Origin: a virus
Lineage: Duplodnaviria; Caudoviricetes
Strand: one strand, 5' to 3'
IMG/VR virus record: IMGVR_UViG_2744054895_000001
Coordinates: 30,790-94,789 of that record
DNA length: 64,000 bases
The notes below the pieces were generated by a model. That model did no database searches. It had not been told where the DNA came from and was given only the letters and a program-made list of their open reading frames with translations. This document shows, piece by piece, positions 36,266-45,665 of the stretch. How positions within the stretch are numbered: the first letter of the stretch is position 1; every line of letters begins with the position of its first letter. The translations under genes and the position numbers were made by a program.

Positions 36266-36949
36266 ATGGCTCAGGTCACCCGACGAGGCGGCAGCAGCTC
36301 CCGCATCAAGAACCCCTCCGCCCCGAACGTCTCACCCACCCTGCGACTGGCCGAAATGCCAGGAGATGGTCTTGATGACGATGCGACCGTCAAGGGGGTC
36401 CGATTCGACGGCACCCACTTCAACGGCCTTGAGGTGGAGGCAGCCGAAGCGGAGGGCTGCGCCTTCGAGAACCTGCGCTTCACGGGCACGAGGCTGCGCA
36501 GAAGCCAATTTAGCAACTGCACCTTCGACACCTGTGATTTCGCCGAGGTAGCAGCCCACGATGTGTCACTGATCCGCTGCACGGTTGCTGGGAGCCGCAT
36601 CACGGGCTCGTCCTGGAGCCATGGAACGTTCCGCGACGTGCGCTTCGAGGGGTGCGTCAGCGCGCCCGCGATGTACCGACATTCGAAGCTCTACAGCGTC
36701 GTCTTCTCTGAGTGTCGGATGCAGGGGTCAGACTTCCAGTCGTCCCACATGCACAACGTGCTCTTTCGGGGCTGTGACCTGACCGGTTCGCAGTGGGCCA
36801 ACTGCCAGGTGGGCACCGTGCGGTTCGAGGACTGCACGCTCATTGATGTCGGTGGCGCCGCAAGCCTCAAGGGCGCCACAGTGCAAGGCCCAGGGTCGAT
36901 GGAGCTGGCCCTGAGCCTTGCACGAGAAGCGGGGATCTTGTTCGAGTAG
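36266..36949 (+). CDS. Pentapeptide repeat protein (Qnr/MfpA/McbG-like)
   Basis: Continuous (S/C/V)xFxx pentapeptide repeats, e.g. SQFSN CTFDT CDFAE, VRFED CTLID. Confidence 0.88.
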   Translation: MAQVTRRGGSSSRIKNPSAPNVSPTLRLAEMPGDGLDDDATVKGVRFDGTHFNGLEVEAAEAEGCAFENLRFTGTRLRRSQFSNCTFDTCDFAEVAAHDVSLIRCTVAGSRITGSSWSHGTFRDVRFEGCVSAPAMYRHSKLYSVVFSECRMQGSDFQSSHMHNVLFRGCDLTGSQWANCQVGTVRFEDCTLIDVGGAASLKGATVQGPGSMELALSLAREAGILFE

Positions 36950-36954
36950 CCGCG

Positions 36955-37824
36955 TCAGGCGGCGATGGCCGGCTTGTAGCCGGCGTACTCCGGGCCGGAG
37001 ATGCACCGGGTGACGTGGTCGAAGTCCAGCGGATCGCCCTCGGCCCACTCGGACATCTCATCGAGCAACATTCGGCCGTACGGGGTGAAGGTGCTGCGGT
37101 GCGTCCGCATGTCACGGCATGCGGCGCGAAGCGAAACCGTGTACTTGGAGACCAGGGTGTCTACGCCGCGACGGTGCTGCATGTACATCAGCGGCACGGC
37201 CACCGCCGCGGCGTGGAAGGCTGCGTGCAGCGGGCGCCTCTGACCGATCTTGACGGCGGACAGCGCGCGGTACTCGTCCTTCTCCATCTCGCTGGGCGGC
37301 AGAGTGAACATGCCGTAGACCATGTCCATCAGGAAGAGAGCCGTGTGAAGGCCCTCGTGGACGATGCATTCGGCGTACTCGGGCACGTCCCAGTCGCCGG
37401 GGCTCATGACGACGAGGCCGGGCAGTCGGTTGGTGCTCCCGCCCCCGTCAGACCTGGAGTTGACGACCACGACGTCCGTTACGAGCAGATCGACCATCCG
37501 CGCAAGGTCCGGACTGAGGTGGTTGATGTGCTCCACAGCCTGTCGGACCATCGCGTCCCAGTGCTCGCGCGTGGGGTCGTCGGTGTGGGTGGCCTTGCCG
37601 AAGATGTGCTCGAAGATGCTCTCGGCCTGGCAGTACCTCGCCCACTGGCCGTCCTCGTAGGACAGAGCGATGCCCCCTCCCTCGGCCGATAAGGGCCGGA
37701 GCCCCGAGATCGCCTTACGGTAGGCCGGCCCCAGGGCAGGGGCGCCCTGGAGGTGCTGGCCGGTCTGGGCATGAGCGAGCCGGGCTACCGTCTCGCAGAG
37801 GTGTCCAAGGTTAAGGAAGTGCAC
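36955..37824 (-). CDS. aKG-HExxH-type peptide-modifying enzyme
   Basis: GGSTNRLPGLV, AECIVHEGLHTALFL, SAVKIGQRRPLHAAFHA; GTG start at 37824 after GGAAGGA. Confidence 0.78.
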   Translation of the reverse strand: MHFLNLGHLCETVARLAHAQTGQHLQGAPALGPAYRKAISGLRPLSAEGGGIALSYEDGQWARYCQAESIFEHIFGKATHTDDPTREHWDAMVRQAVEHINHLSPDLARMVDLLVTDVVVVNSRSDGGGSTNRLPGLVVMSPGDWDVPEYAECIVHEGLHTALFLMDMVYGMFTLPPSEMEKDEYRALSAVKIGQRRPLHAAFHAAAVAVPLMYMQHRRGVDTLVSKYTVSLRAACRDMRTHRSTFTPYGRMLLDEMSEWAEGDPLDFDHVTRCISGPEYAGYKPAIAA

Positions 37825-37909
37825 GTGTTTTCCTTCCTGGTGAGAGTGCGCCCGGAGCCGAATGGGCGGCTCCGGGCGCACTCAGGGCGTCAGAGGGGCT
37901 GGCAGACGA

Positions 37910-38095
37910 CTACGCGTCGCTGTCCGTCCAGCCGCCCATCATCTGCACGTGGGTCCCCTGCTGCGACTGCCCGACCCGCTGCCGGATGCCGGCCGCGAGG
38001 CTCGCCGGGTCGCTCTGGACGGCCGCCACGATGCCCGAGAGCACGTCGGTCGACGTACCCGTCACGGGCGGCGGCGGGGTGATGGTCGAACTCAT
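37910..38095 (-). CDS. Putative RiPP precursor peptide (61 aa)
   Basis: GGAGG RBS; MSSTITPPPPVTGTSTDVLSGIVAAVQSDPASLAAGIRQRVGQSQQGTHVQMMGGWTDSDA directly upstream of the HExxH gene. Confidence 0.68.
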   Translation of the reverse strand: MSSTITPPPPVTGTSTDVLSGIVAAVQSDPASLAAGIRQRVGQSQQGTHVQMMGGWTDSDA

Positions 38096-38447
38096 TGCGC
38101 CTCCTTCTTCTTCTGCTGCTTTTCGCGAATGAATCACGCACGTGAGCGAAGAGGTTTCAGATCACTTTCCCGAGACCGTTTCGCCACCAAAGAGATTACA
38201 GACGTGACGAGGCATCAGAAAGGCCACATCCATGATTCTTTGAATTGGAATATGCCACTCGTGAAGGTGTTGAAAAATGGCATGTCGAAGTTCCGGGAAG
38301 CCGAAATCGGCACCCGGTAAACTGTGGCAGCGACTTCCGGCCATTCAGCGAGCGCTGCTCAGATTCGACGCTGCCCGCCCTCCCCGTCAACGCTCCCATA
38401 ATCTTAAATTTGGGATGTAATTGACGGGAAGGACGAAGCCTAAAGCG

Positions 38448-38591
38448 TTACTTCTTCTTGCGAGCCTCCTTCTCTGCCTTACGACGCTCAGCGCGATTGC
38501 CGTTCGGGTCGGGCACCGCGTGCTTCTTCTTCTTTGCCGGACTGCCAACGACAGTGGGTCCCGCCGTTGACTTCGCCTTCTTGTATCCCAT
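38448..38591 (-). CDS. Small very basic protein (47 aa; not in ORF track)
   Basis: MGYKKAKSTAGPTVVGSPAKKKKHAVPDPNGNRAERRKAEKEARKKK*, purine-rich RBS. Confidence 0.55.
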   Translation of the reverse strand: MGYKKAKSTAGPTVVGSPAKKKKHAVPDPNGNRAERRKAEKEARKKK

Positions 38592-38711
38592 ATTTCTCTT
38601 TCCGTAGTGCCTTAACGAACCCCGAGCGCAACTGCCGAACGGGGCCTGATTCCCGGCCGACTGCCGCCGTCACACGTCAGTCGTGGGAAGCTTGAGCGAG
38701 GAGAGCTACCT

Positions 38712-39038
38712 TCACGGAATCCATTTGGGCCACCGACCTCCTGAGCAGACGAGGCAGGCGACCTTTCCTATGCCGATGCAGGTAAGGCAGTCCCCCCAGA
38801 ATCCGACGCAGTCCGGGCAGCGAACTTCGCCCCATCCCGCGCAGTATCCGCAGTACCAACGGCGGCCCTGAGCGTCCAGCCACGTCGGCTCAGACCTCTT
38901 TTGTCTCGGGCGCGGGCCTTCGCCCTTCGGTATCGGCACTGAGCGTGCCCCTCCTACTGAAAGCGGGAGCTGCGAATCAGTGTCCCGGGCGCGCTTCAGC
39001 CGGGGCGATACATTTGTGACCCTCTTGTGGGCATGCAA
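38712..39038 (-). CDS. Possible DnaJ-like CxxCxGxG zinc-finger protein (start unclear)
   Basis: CGYCAGWG, CPDCVG, CLTCIGIG, CLVCSGG. Confidence 0.45.
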   Translation of the reverse strand: MHAHKRVTNVSPRLKRARDTDSQLPLSVGGARSVPIPKGEGPRPRQKRSEPTWLDAQGRRWYCGYCAGWGEVRCPDCVGFWGDCLTCIGIGKVACLVCSGGRWPKWIP

Positions 39039-39405
39039 TCAATGCCAGTGATACATGCTTTCCGGAGTACGCCCGATAGTCGCACGCATAGCTGCGCCCG
39101 GCCGTGATACTCGCCGCCGCCACTTCGAGTATCACTGATGGTCCGATCTCCCAACTCCCCGGTGGATGTGAGTCCAGCGACTGAGTGAGCCACGCAGTTG
39201 CCTCGGCAGTGCCCGCAAAGGTGGCTTTCATCATCAAGACAGGTTTGTCCAGCCACGCGGATCGAACTAGCGGTGGCGTCTCAGAATTAGGGTCACGGCG
39301 TTGTTCTGGCGACGGCGTCTTATCGCCAAGCCAGAAGAAAGCGTGGTGGTGGGCAACGGCACCAAGGGCGTTACCTTCACCGGTCTCTCCACATCGTTGT
39401 TGCAC
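38977..39405 (-). CDS. hypothetical protein
   Basis: ORF, HHHAFFWLG..; start uncertain. Confidence 0.45.
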   Translation of the reverse strand: MQQRCGETGEGNALGAVAHHHAFFWLGDKTPSPEQRRDPNSETPPLVRSAWLDKPVLMMKATFAGTAEATAWLTQSLDSHPPGSWEIGPSVILEVAAASITAGRSYACDYRAYSGKHVSLALIACPQEGHKCIAPAEARPGH

Positions 39406-39507
39406 GGGCCCTCCTCACTTCCTGCTAGCGACCGACCCGGCTTTCCTGCGGTGGAACCCCCTCCAGCCGACGACTCACGGGTGCAGCCGGCTGGAGGGGA
39501 GCTTCTG

Positions 39508-40071
39508 TTAGCGGACCCGGGTGGAGATCTCCTGGCCTCGCGGCACCTGAGATGCAGTCGGAGAGGGCGTCTCTTGCCGAGCCGAGCTGAGGCGGCCGAT
39601 CTGCCAGCCACGAGTGATCAGGTGCGACCGGCTCCTGGCGTCCAGCACCGCCATCAGGGCGCGCTCCTCATCGGGCATGACGGTCTGACCGTTCGCCAAG
39701 CGCTGGAGAACGTAGTGCTGACGGGCGGTAATGATGACTTCGTCCCACTCGGCCGACTGCTCAGGCGGGTCGAGTTCGAGCAGCCTGTACGCCTCGTGCA
39801 CCATGGCCGCCCGGTCATCGCAGCCGAGCTTTCCCGACGCATGCATCAGGTGCTTCGTCACCGTGGCCACCATCACGTCCAGCTCTGCGGCAGCTTCTGC
39901 GGTGGTCATACCGCGCGCCATGAGCTGGAGGGAATCGCGCTCTCGGGAAGACAGCCGCGGACGGCCCGGTCCTCGCGTGGTCACAGAAAATCCTTCCGAT
40001 TCAACGTTCGAAGGCGTCATTGCTGAACGGCGTCGAAGCCGCATGTCCTCAGTGCGATGAGGGGCGGTCAT
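39508..40071 (-). CDS. LuxR-type HTH regulator
   Basis: LSSRERDSLQLMARGMTTAEAAAELDVMVATVTKHL..KLG..DRAAMVHEAYRL, plus a degenerate second repeat. Confidence 0.8.
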   Translation of the reverse strand: MTAPHRTEDMRLRRRSAMTPSNVESEGFSVTTRGPGRPRLSSRERDSLQLMARGMTTAEAAAELDVMVATVTKHLMHASGKLGCDDRAAMVHEAYRLLELDPPEQSAEWDEVIITARQHYVLQRLANGQTVMPDEERALMAVLDARSRSHLITRGWQIGRLSSARQETPSPTASQVPRGQEISTRVR

Positions 40072-40728
40072 CTAGGCCGCGGTCTGGAGGGAAAGCTCTT
40101 CCAGGTCCACGGCGGTGCAGCCGTGCAGGGTGACGACCATGCGAGCTGCGAGTGTCCACGGGTACCTCGGGTCCGTGTCCGCCACGTACGTGAGCGCGTC
40201 GTCGTTGTCCTCGGCGGGCAAGGGCTGGAGCGTTTCAGGGCAATACTCGATGCCAGCGATGCCCCACACCGGGTGGTACTCCACCAACGCCGCGGCTGCC
40301 CCCCGCCGCAGCTCCGGGCAGTCCCGCAAGGCTTCGCCCGCGCAGGCCTCGTGTACCGGTGGTGTTGCGCTCCGCTCACCTTCGGTGATCGGCTGTCCGC
40401 TCGGGGCGCGCACCAGGAAGAGGTGCCGTTCGTCAGACCGGCCGAAGGTGGACGTGCCGCAGACCTGGCACAGCATGTGAGTCATTGCCTGCCTCTGGCG
40501 CAGTGCGTGCACGCCAGCAAGCGACGGCTTGCCGATTCCAGGTGCGGCCGACTTCCGAACCCATAGCGCGTCGAGCCTGCGATCGAACCTGTCCTCGTCC
40601 GCGTAGGCGATACCCGGGCCCCATGGTCCGCGTCGCCGCACGATGATTCCGTGATGCGTCTGCTCGTCCGACCAGGGCGAAAGAAAGGGAACGTGAATCC
40701 CGTTCCAGAAGAACTGGCGACGACTCAT
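40072..40728 (-). CDS. Conserved actinobacterial mobile-element hypothetical protein
   Basis: VPFLSPWSDE..VHALRQRQAMTHMLCQVCG..PPVHEACA..CPEL. Confidence 0.65.
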   Translation of the reverse strand: MSRRQFFWNGIHVPFLSPWSDEQTHHGIIVRRRGPWGPGIAYADEDRFDRRLDALWVRKSAAPGIGKPSLAGVHALRQRQAMTHMLCQVCGTSTFGRSDERHLFLVRAPSGQPITEGERSATPPVHEACAGEALRDCPELRRGAAAALVEYHPVWGIAGIEYCPETLQPLPAEDNDDALTYVADTDPRYPWTLAARMVVTLHGCTAVDLEELSLQTAA

Positions 40729-40922
40729 GCGGCGACAACTTCCGGGGTCGGCCGGCACGGGTCGATGATGCTCCCGTCCGGCAGCAGCTCACCGGTGTCC
40801 TCGAAGAGCACGACGCCGTTGCACAGTAGGCTCCAGCCCTGCTCCGGGTGGTGCGCCACCAGGTGGGCGGCCTCTCGGTCTGGGGCGTCAGCCGATGGGC
40901 ACTCAGTCTTATGCTGGCACAT
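40725..40922 (-). CDS. DUF5999 family protein
   Basis: MCQHKTECPSADAPDREAA..HPEQGWSLLCNGVVLFEDTGELLPDG. Confidence 0.85.
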   Translation of the reverse strand: MCQHKTECPSADAPDREAAHLVAHHPEQGWSLLCNGVVLFEDTGELLPDGSIIDPCRPTPEVVAA

Positions 40923-40976
40923 CGTGTTGGTCCTTCGTCGTCAACGGATCAGTTCCGGCGTGGAGGCTCGCCCTCT

Positions 40977-41399
40977 TCAGGGAGGAGCTGAGTTCGCGTG
41001 TCGCCCGTAGCAGGGGTGGGCTCGCTGGCGGTGGCTTTGCCGCTCAGGGACGATCGAGACGGAATAGCGGACCAAGTAGTTGTCCCAGCCGCCAAAATTC
41101 ACGCGGCGGCCGACGCGGAGATTCGTCTCAACCAGCCAGGCAGCATCGGGGTGTTGAGCCCACTCTTTGACGCGACGGACGATGTCTCCGTCCAGCATCG
41201 ACACGAAGAGCTCAAGGCGATCGATGAACCAGACGGTTGCCGCCTCCGAGTCCCCGGTTGCGAAGTGGCCCATCCAGTACATCGGCGTGATGCAGGAAGA
41301 AGAATCGGCCCGATGCTCGACCACCGCGAGACACTCGCAGCGGAAGATGACACCTGGAAAGTCGCCTGTCGCCTGGGGCTGAGGTTCCAGCGCTAGCAC
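40977..41399 (-). CDS. hypothetical protein
   Basis: Overlaps end of the ATP-binding gene; operon position. Confidence 0.5.
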   Translation of the reverse strand: MLALEPQPQATGDFPGVIFRCECLAVVEHRADSSSCITPMYWMGHFATGDSEAATVWFIDRLELFVSMLDGDIVRRVKEWAQHPDAAWLVETNLRVGRRVNFGGWDNYLVRYSVSIVPERQSHRQRAHPCYGRHANSAPP

Positions 41400-41839
41400 G
41401 CGGCGCTCCGTCCTCCACGGGTGCCCGGAGGGGCCAGGAAAGCGGAGACGATCTTCCCGTCAGCAAGTCGACGGACATGCCACGTCGCGAACTGATTGAC
41501 TGCCACGACACCACGGCCCCGCTCCTGATCAGGTGTGGCGAAGCGTGCCTGAGGCATGTCCAGCGAATAGTCGCGGACCTGGATGTGCACGCCCGAGGGG
41601 CTGGCGAGGAGGACCACCTCGCAGCGACCGTCCGTGTGTCGGTGGACGTTGGTGAGCAGCTCTGTCGCCACCAGGCGGGCGTCGTCGACGAGCTCGCCCA
41701 AACCCCACAGTCCGAGCAGGGTGTCGACTACGCGGCGGAACTGGCCGGGAGTGCGCTCGGTCACCTGGTCTAAGCGGAGCGAGTAACGCTGCTCGGGTGA
41801 CCTGAGTGTCGTAACCGGTCGCACAGCCATGACATCCAT
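41393..41839 (-). CDS. HATPase_c (RsbW-like) ATP-binding regulatory protein
   Basis: LVATELLTNVHRH, IQVRD, ERGRG, GKIVSAFL; divergent from XRE gene. Confidence 0.85.
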   Translation of the reverse strand: MDVMAVRPVTTLRSPEQRYSLRLDQVTERTPGQFRRVVDTLLGLWGLGELVDDARLVATELLTNVHRHTDGRCEVVLLASPSGVHIQVRDYSLDMPQARFATPDQERGRGVVAVNQFATWHVRRLADGKIVSAFLAPPGTRGGRSAAC

Positions 41840-42076
41840 GGCTCCTCCAGAGTGGGCGCTGGGCACGCGTGGTGTAGCGCCTCGAACTCGCCGAAGCACC
41901 CTGCGTGTTTGGCCACCCAATGTTGCCCACGTCACTGACAGAAGGTCAAGCAGAAGATTGGCAATCTGCCAAACAAGTGTGCAGCAACGAGCTACCAGGC
42001 ACGATCGAACCGCCGTCCACCAAGAGGCTGCGATACCCTCGGCGGCACGGACACCGGCTCACAGGGGAGGGACTCG

Positions 42077-42949
42077 ATGGCGGCCGTCACCAGCAGCAGC
42101 CCGCTCAACGCGAGGCGCAAGCTGGGCACCGAACTGCGCCTCCTACGCGACCAAGCCGGTCTGACGACGGAGGACGTCGGCGCGCGGCTCAACTGTCACA
42201 ACTCCAAGATCAGCAGGATCGAGAACGGGAAGAGGACGTGCGGCCAGAAGGATTTCACCGCCTTCATGGAGCTGTATGAAGTCGACGAGCCCAAGCGCGC
42301 CGAGCTGGAAGACCTGGCCACACGCTCCAGGCAGCGAGTGCCACCGTGGTGGCACGCTTACAACGACGTGATCTCCGCCAATTACAGCGAATTCTTGGCC
42401 TACGAGGCCGATGCGGACCGCACCTGTGAGTACCAGCCGCTGCTGATCCCTGGGCTACTGCAAACGGCGGATTACGCACGGGCAGTGACGGGCGTCAGCT
42501 ACGCGGCGCTCGGCCCTGATCAAGTGGACAGCCTCGTCGAGGTTCGCATTCGTCGCCAAGACAGGCTCCGCGAAGAGGTCCCACTGCTCGTCGAGGCCGT
42601 CGTCACCGAGGCTGCCCTCCGCCTGCTGGTCGGCGGAACCGACGTGATGCGAGCCCAGCTCCGAAGCCTGGCTCAGGTCATTACGCTCGACCACGTCCGG
42701 TTCAAGATCATCCCCTTCAGCGCGGGTGAAAAGGGAGCCAGCACCGGAGCTTTCACGCTGTTCGCCACGGGGAAGGACACTGATGCGGATGTGGCCTTCA
42801 CGGAGTCCGCCGAGAACACCACCAGCTTCCGTGATGATCCCCTGGCGCTCCGGCGCCTGAACCGCCTGTTTACCAACTTGTCCGCTGCCGCGCTCTCGGA
42901 GCATGATAGCCGTGAGCTGCTTGAACGTATCGAGAAAGAGCTGGTCTGA
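42077..42949 (+). CDS. XRE HTH + DUF5753 regulator (WhiJ/Scr1-like)
   Basis: RRKLGTELRLLRDQAGLT..SKISRIENG; IPGLLQTADYARA; EAALR..VGG.DVMRAQL. Confidence 0.92.
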   Translation: MAAVTSSSPLNARRKLGTELRLLRDQAGLTTEDVGARLNCHNSKISRIENGKRTCGQKDFTAFMELYEVDEPKRAELEDLATRSRQRVPPWWHAYNDVISANYSEFLAYEADADRTCEYQPLLIPGLLQTADYARAVTGVSYAALGPDQVDSLVEVRIRRQDRLREEVPLLVEAVVTEAALRLLVGGTDVMRAQLRSLAQVITLDHVRFKIIPFSAGEKGASTGAFTLFATGKDTDADVAFTESAENTTSFRDDPLALRRLNRLFTNLSAAALSEHDSRELLERIEKELV

Positions 42950-42950
42950 A

Positions 42951-43178
42951 ATGGAAGATCTGGCCGCTGTGCACGCGGTGGACCTCACCGGGGTCGCGTG
43001 GCACAAGAGTTCATACACTGCGGGGAACGGCAACTGTGTAGAGGTAGCGGACGTGCCCGGTTTTCCGGCTACGGCCGTTCGCGACTCGAAGAACCCCGAG
43101 CTGCCGGCCGCAAGGGTCTCGACAGCGGCGTGGGCCACCTTTGTTACGGCTGTGGCGACCGGGACCCTCACAGCCTGA
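42951..43178 (+). CDS. DUF397 protein
   Basis: WHKSSYTAGNGNCVEVA..VRDSKNP..WATFV. Confidence 0.92.
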   Translation: MEDLAAVHAVDLTGVAWHKSSYTAGNGNCVEVADVPGFPATAVRDSKNPELPAARVSTAAWATFVTAVATGTLTA

Positions 43179-43411
43179 TGGCGGCAGATGCCCTGGCCAA
43201 GGCGGACTTGTATGCCCTGGATCTGTCTGAGGTGACATGGGTCAGCGCCCCAGGTGCCGACCCAGAGGACCGCCTGGAAGTTGCCCATCTCCCCAACGGT
43301 GCTGTGGCGCTGCGTAACCCTGCGGACCCCGACGGGACGGTGCTGCGCTACACCGCCGCAGAGTGGGAAGCGTTCGTCCTCGGCGTCCGGGACGGGGAGT
43401 TCAACGGGTAA
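43178..43411 (+). CDS. DUF397 protein (second, divergent type)
   Basis: LYALDLSEVTW..LEVA..VALRNP..LRYTAAEWEAFVLGVRDGEF. Confidence 0.85.
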   Translation: MAADALAKADLYALDLSEVTWVSAPGADPEDRLEVAHLPNGAVALRNPADPDGTVLRYTAAEWEAFVLGVRDGEFNG

Positions 43412-43423
43412 CACCAGCAGCGT

Positions 43424-43456
43424 CGAAGGCCCCCGAGCACCGCTCGGGGGCCTTCG
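43424..43456. terminator. Bidirectional terminator between convergent genes
   Basis: Perfect 15-bp stem CGAAGGCCCCCGAGC/GCTCGGGGGCCTTCG. Confidence 0.8.
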
Positions 43457-43467
43457 TATATTCGTTC

Positions 43468-43974
43468 TCAGAATCCGCCGAGCCGGGGGCTGATGGTGTA
43501 GATCCGCGGAGGCTGGATCGGCTTGTAGGCGGTGTCCACGACCAGGTCGTGGAGGCGGAGGGGGCCGGCGAGGTTGTAGGGCACGTTGATCATGAACTTG
43601 CCGCCTCCGGGGACGACCTCGTGCACGCTGTAGTGGAACGGCTCGTCCAGGTGGGGGTCGTCAGATGCGGGCAGGTCGGCCCTGAGAGCGCCGTTGGTGA
43701 CCTTGATGCGGCGGGCGTTGGGTACGACCAGGTCTCCTGTGGCCTTGTCGCGGTATCGCCGGTCGGCTTGGATCAGCACGCTGCCGGGCAGGGGGAGACC
43801 CCCTTCGACCATGTAAGTGGCTGTGACGGTCTGAACGGTGATGTCGGCGGGGAATGGTGCTGGCGGGCTGACGGCGGGGTAGCCGGGGCCTGCGAGCATG
43901 TTCTGCGCTGTCCAGCCGATGATGTTGTACGGGTCGTTCGGGTCGTAGCTGTGATAGTTGGGGTCGATCGTCAC
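43468..43974 (-). CDS. hypothetical phage protein
   Basis: GTG start after AAGGAG; follows terminase. Confidence 0.6.
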   Translation of the reverse strand: MTIDPNYHSYDPNDPYNIIGWTAQNMLAGPGYPAVSPPAPFPADITVQTVTATYMVEGGLPLPGSVLIQADRRYRDKATGDLVVPNARRIKVTNGALRADLPASDDPHLDEPFHYSVHEVVPGGGKFMINVPYNLAGPLRLHDLVVDTAYKPIQPPRIYTISPRLGGF

Positions 43975-43982
43975 GGGGCTCC

Positions 43983-45539
43983 TTACGCGGCCCTGGAGTA
44001 GAGGAAATTGCTTTCCTCCTGCACCTCGGGCATGGACAGGTCGGCGGTCATGTAGACGGCGTTGGCGAGGCTGTCGACGTAGTCGTCGTGGGCGCCGGCC
44101 TCTTCGGGGGCGTGGACGATGACGTTGGGGCCCTGGAAGTCCAGCTCGGCATCCTCCATCTGCGTACGGAACCGCTGGAAGGTCTTCAGACGCCGGACCT
44201 TGGAGTGCGCCGGCCAGGCGAGGTTGTCGGTCCGCATCAGCTCCATGAGGTGCTTCCACCGCTTGGACTGGGCGCCGCGGTCGGAGGGCAGATCGATGAT
44301 GTCGACGCCGGGCATGAGGACGCGCAGCCGGCTGGCGACGACGTCACCGATGCCGCCTGCGTCGATGCCAATGGCCAGGACGGCATAGTTCGCCAAGGCG
44401 TCGCAGATCCGGTAGTACTGCTCCTCCCATCCCAAGCCGGACAGGTCGAACCAGTTCAGGATCCTGTGCTGGTAGTTGCCGAACTCGTCCGGATGGTCCC
44501 AGTCCACCCAGACGATCGTGACGATGGTCGAGTCCTGTTTGCGGGCGGGGTCGATGCCGACGATGACTGGGGTGCGATGCCACGCGTGGACGATCTGCAT
44601 CGACCTGTCCCCCAGTTCCTCCATACGCTCCGAGGTGGTGAACATGCCTCGGTCGAGGAGCCACTGGAGTCTGTAGGAAAGGCGGAACTCGTCGCTGTCC
44701 TCACCGATGGTCAGCATTTCGCCGCGGATGTAGACGCCGTAGTCCGGGTGCGCCTTCGCGACGTCCTTCCACGTGGCCTCGAAGTGGTTCAGCCTGGCAC
44801 CGCGGTTGGTGGCACGCCGCTTGTTCTGCTGGATGATCTTGTAGAAGATGCCCTTGGTGTACGTGGGGGTCCCCGTCAAAATCATCGTTCCACGCGTACT
44901 CGCGAGCATCGGGCTGATCGACTTGTTGACGACCTTCTCGTCGGCGACCTGGGCCTCGTCGATCAGCACGACGTGGTAGGTACGGCCTTCGATCTGGGCC
45001 CGCGGGTGGCATGTCTGCTTCCGTACCAGGGAGCCGCACTTCACGAGCCTCAGTTCCTTCCCCTTGCCGACGACCTTCTCGTCGATCTCGGGGTCGGCCA
45101 TCAGTTCCAGGGCGCGCTCGGAGGTCAGCCGGCTGACGATGCGGCCGTAGAGGTTGTCCACCATGTCGTCGACCGGTGCGAAGGCCCCGAGCCAGACGCC
45201 CTCGCGGAAGCGGCCGAGCAGGCTGGGGAAGATCGGCGCCAGGCGCGGGAACATGATCAAGACGGCAGCGAGGGTGTTGGCGAGCGTCTCGCTCTTTCCG
45301 GACTGTCGCGCCCAGCAGGCGGTGATCTTGGCGGTGTCGCCCAGGATCAACGACTCCAGGATTCGCCGCGCGAGGGGCACCTGGTAGTCGCGGAGGGGGT
45401 GTCCAGACAGCTCGTCGATGACGAGAAGCATCTTCTCGATGATGCGGTCGACGGTTTCCTGGGAGATCTCGGGGTTGACAGGTAGCAGGGACTCCTCGTC
45501 GTCATCTATTCGATTTCCGTCTACAGCCGTCGATGCCAT
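43983..45539 (-). CDS. Terminase large subunit
   Basis: LRDYQ, ARQSGKS, LIDEAQ, LTGTP, VGIDPARKQDST, HDDYVDSLA. Confidence 0.93.
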   Translation of the reverse strand: MASTAVDGNRIDDDEESLLPVNPEISQETVDRIIEKMLLVIDELSGHPLRDYQVPLARRILESLILGDTAKITACWARQSGKSETLANTLAAVLIMFPRLAPIFPSLLGRFREGVWLGAFAPVDDMVDNLYGRIVSRLTSERALELMADPEIDEKVVGKGKELRLVKCGSLVRKQTCHPRAQIEGRTYHVVLIDEAQVADEKVVNKSISPMLASTRGTMILTGTPTYTKGIFYKIIQQNKRRATNRGARLNHFEATWKDVAKAHPDYGVYIRGEMLTIGEDSDEFRLSYRLQWLLDRGMFTTSERMEELGDRSMQIVHAWHRTPVIVGIDPARKQDSTIVTIVWVDWDHPDEFGNYQHRILNWFDLSGLGWEEQYYRICDALANYAVLAIGIDAGGIGDVVASRLRVLMPGVDIIDLPSDRGAQSKRWKHLMELMRTDNLAWPAHSKVRRLKTFQRFRTQMEDAELDFQGPNVIVHAPEEAGAHDDYVDSLANAVYMTADLSMPEVQEESNFLYSRAA

Positions 45540-45665
45540 GCATTACCCCAATTACGCTAATTCGTGCAATTAGGGTAAAAACGACCCAAGGAATTGTGTT
45601 AGCGCCCCATGGTCACCACGGCGCTACAGTTACTTCACGCTGCACACACATACGAGGGGGCGGTT

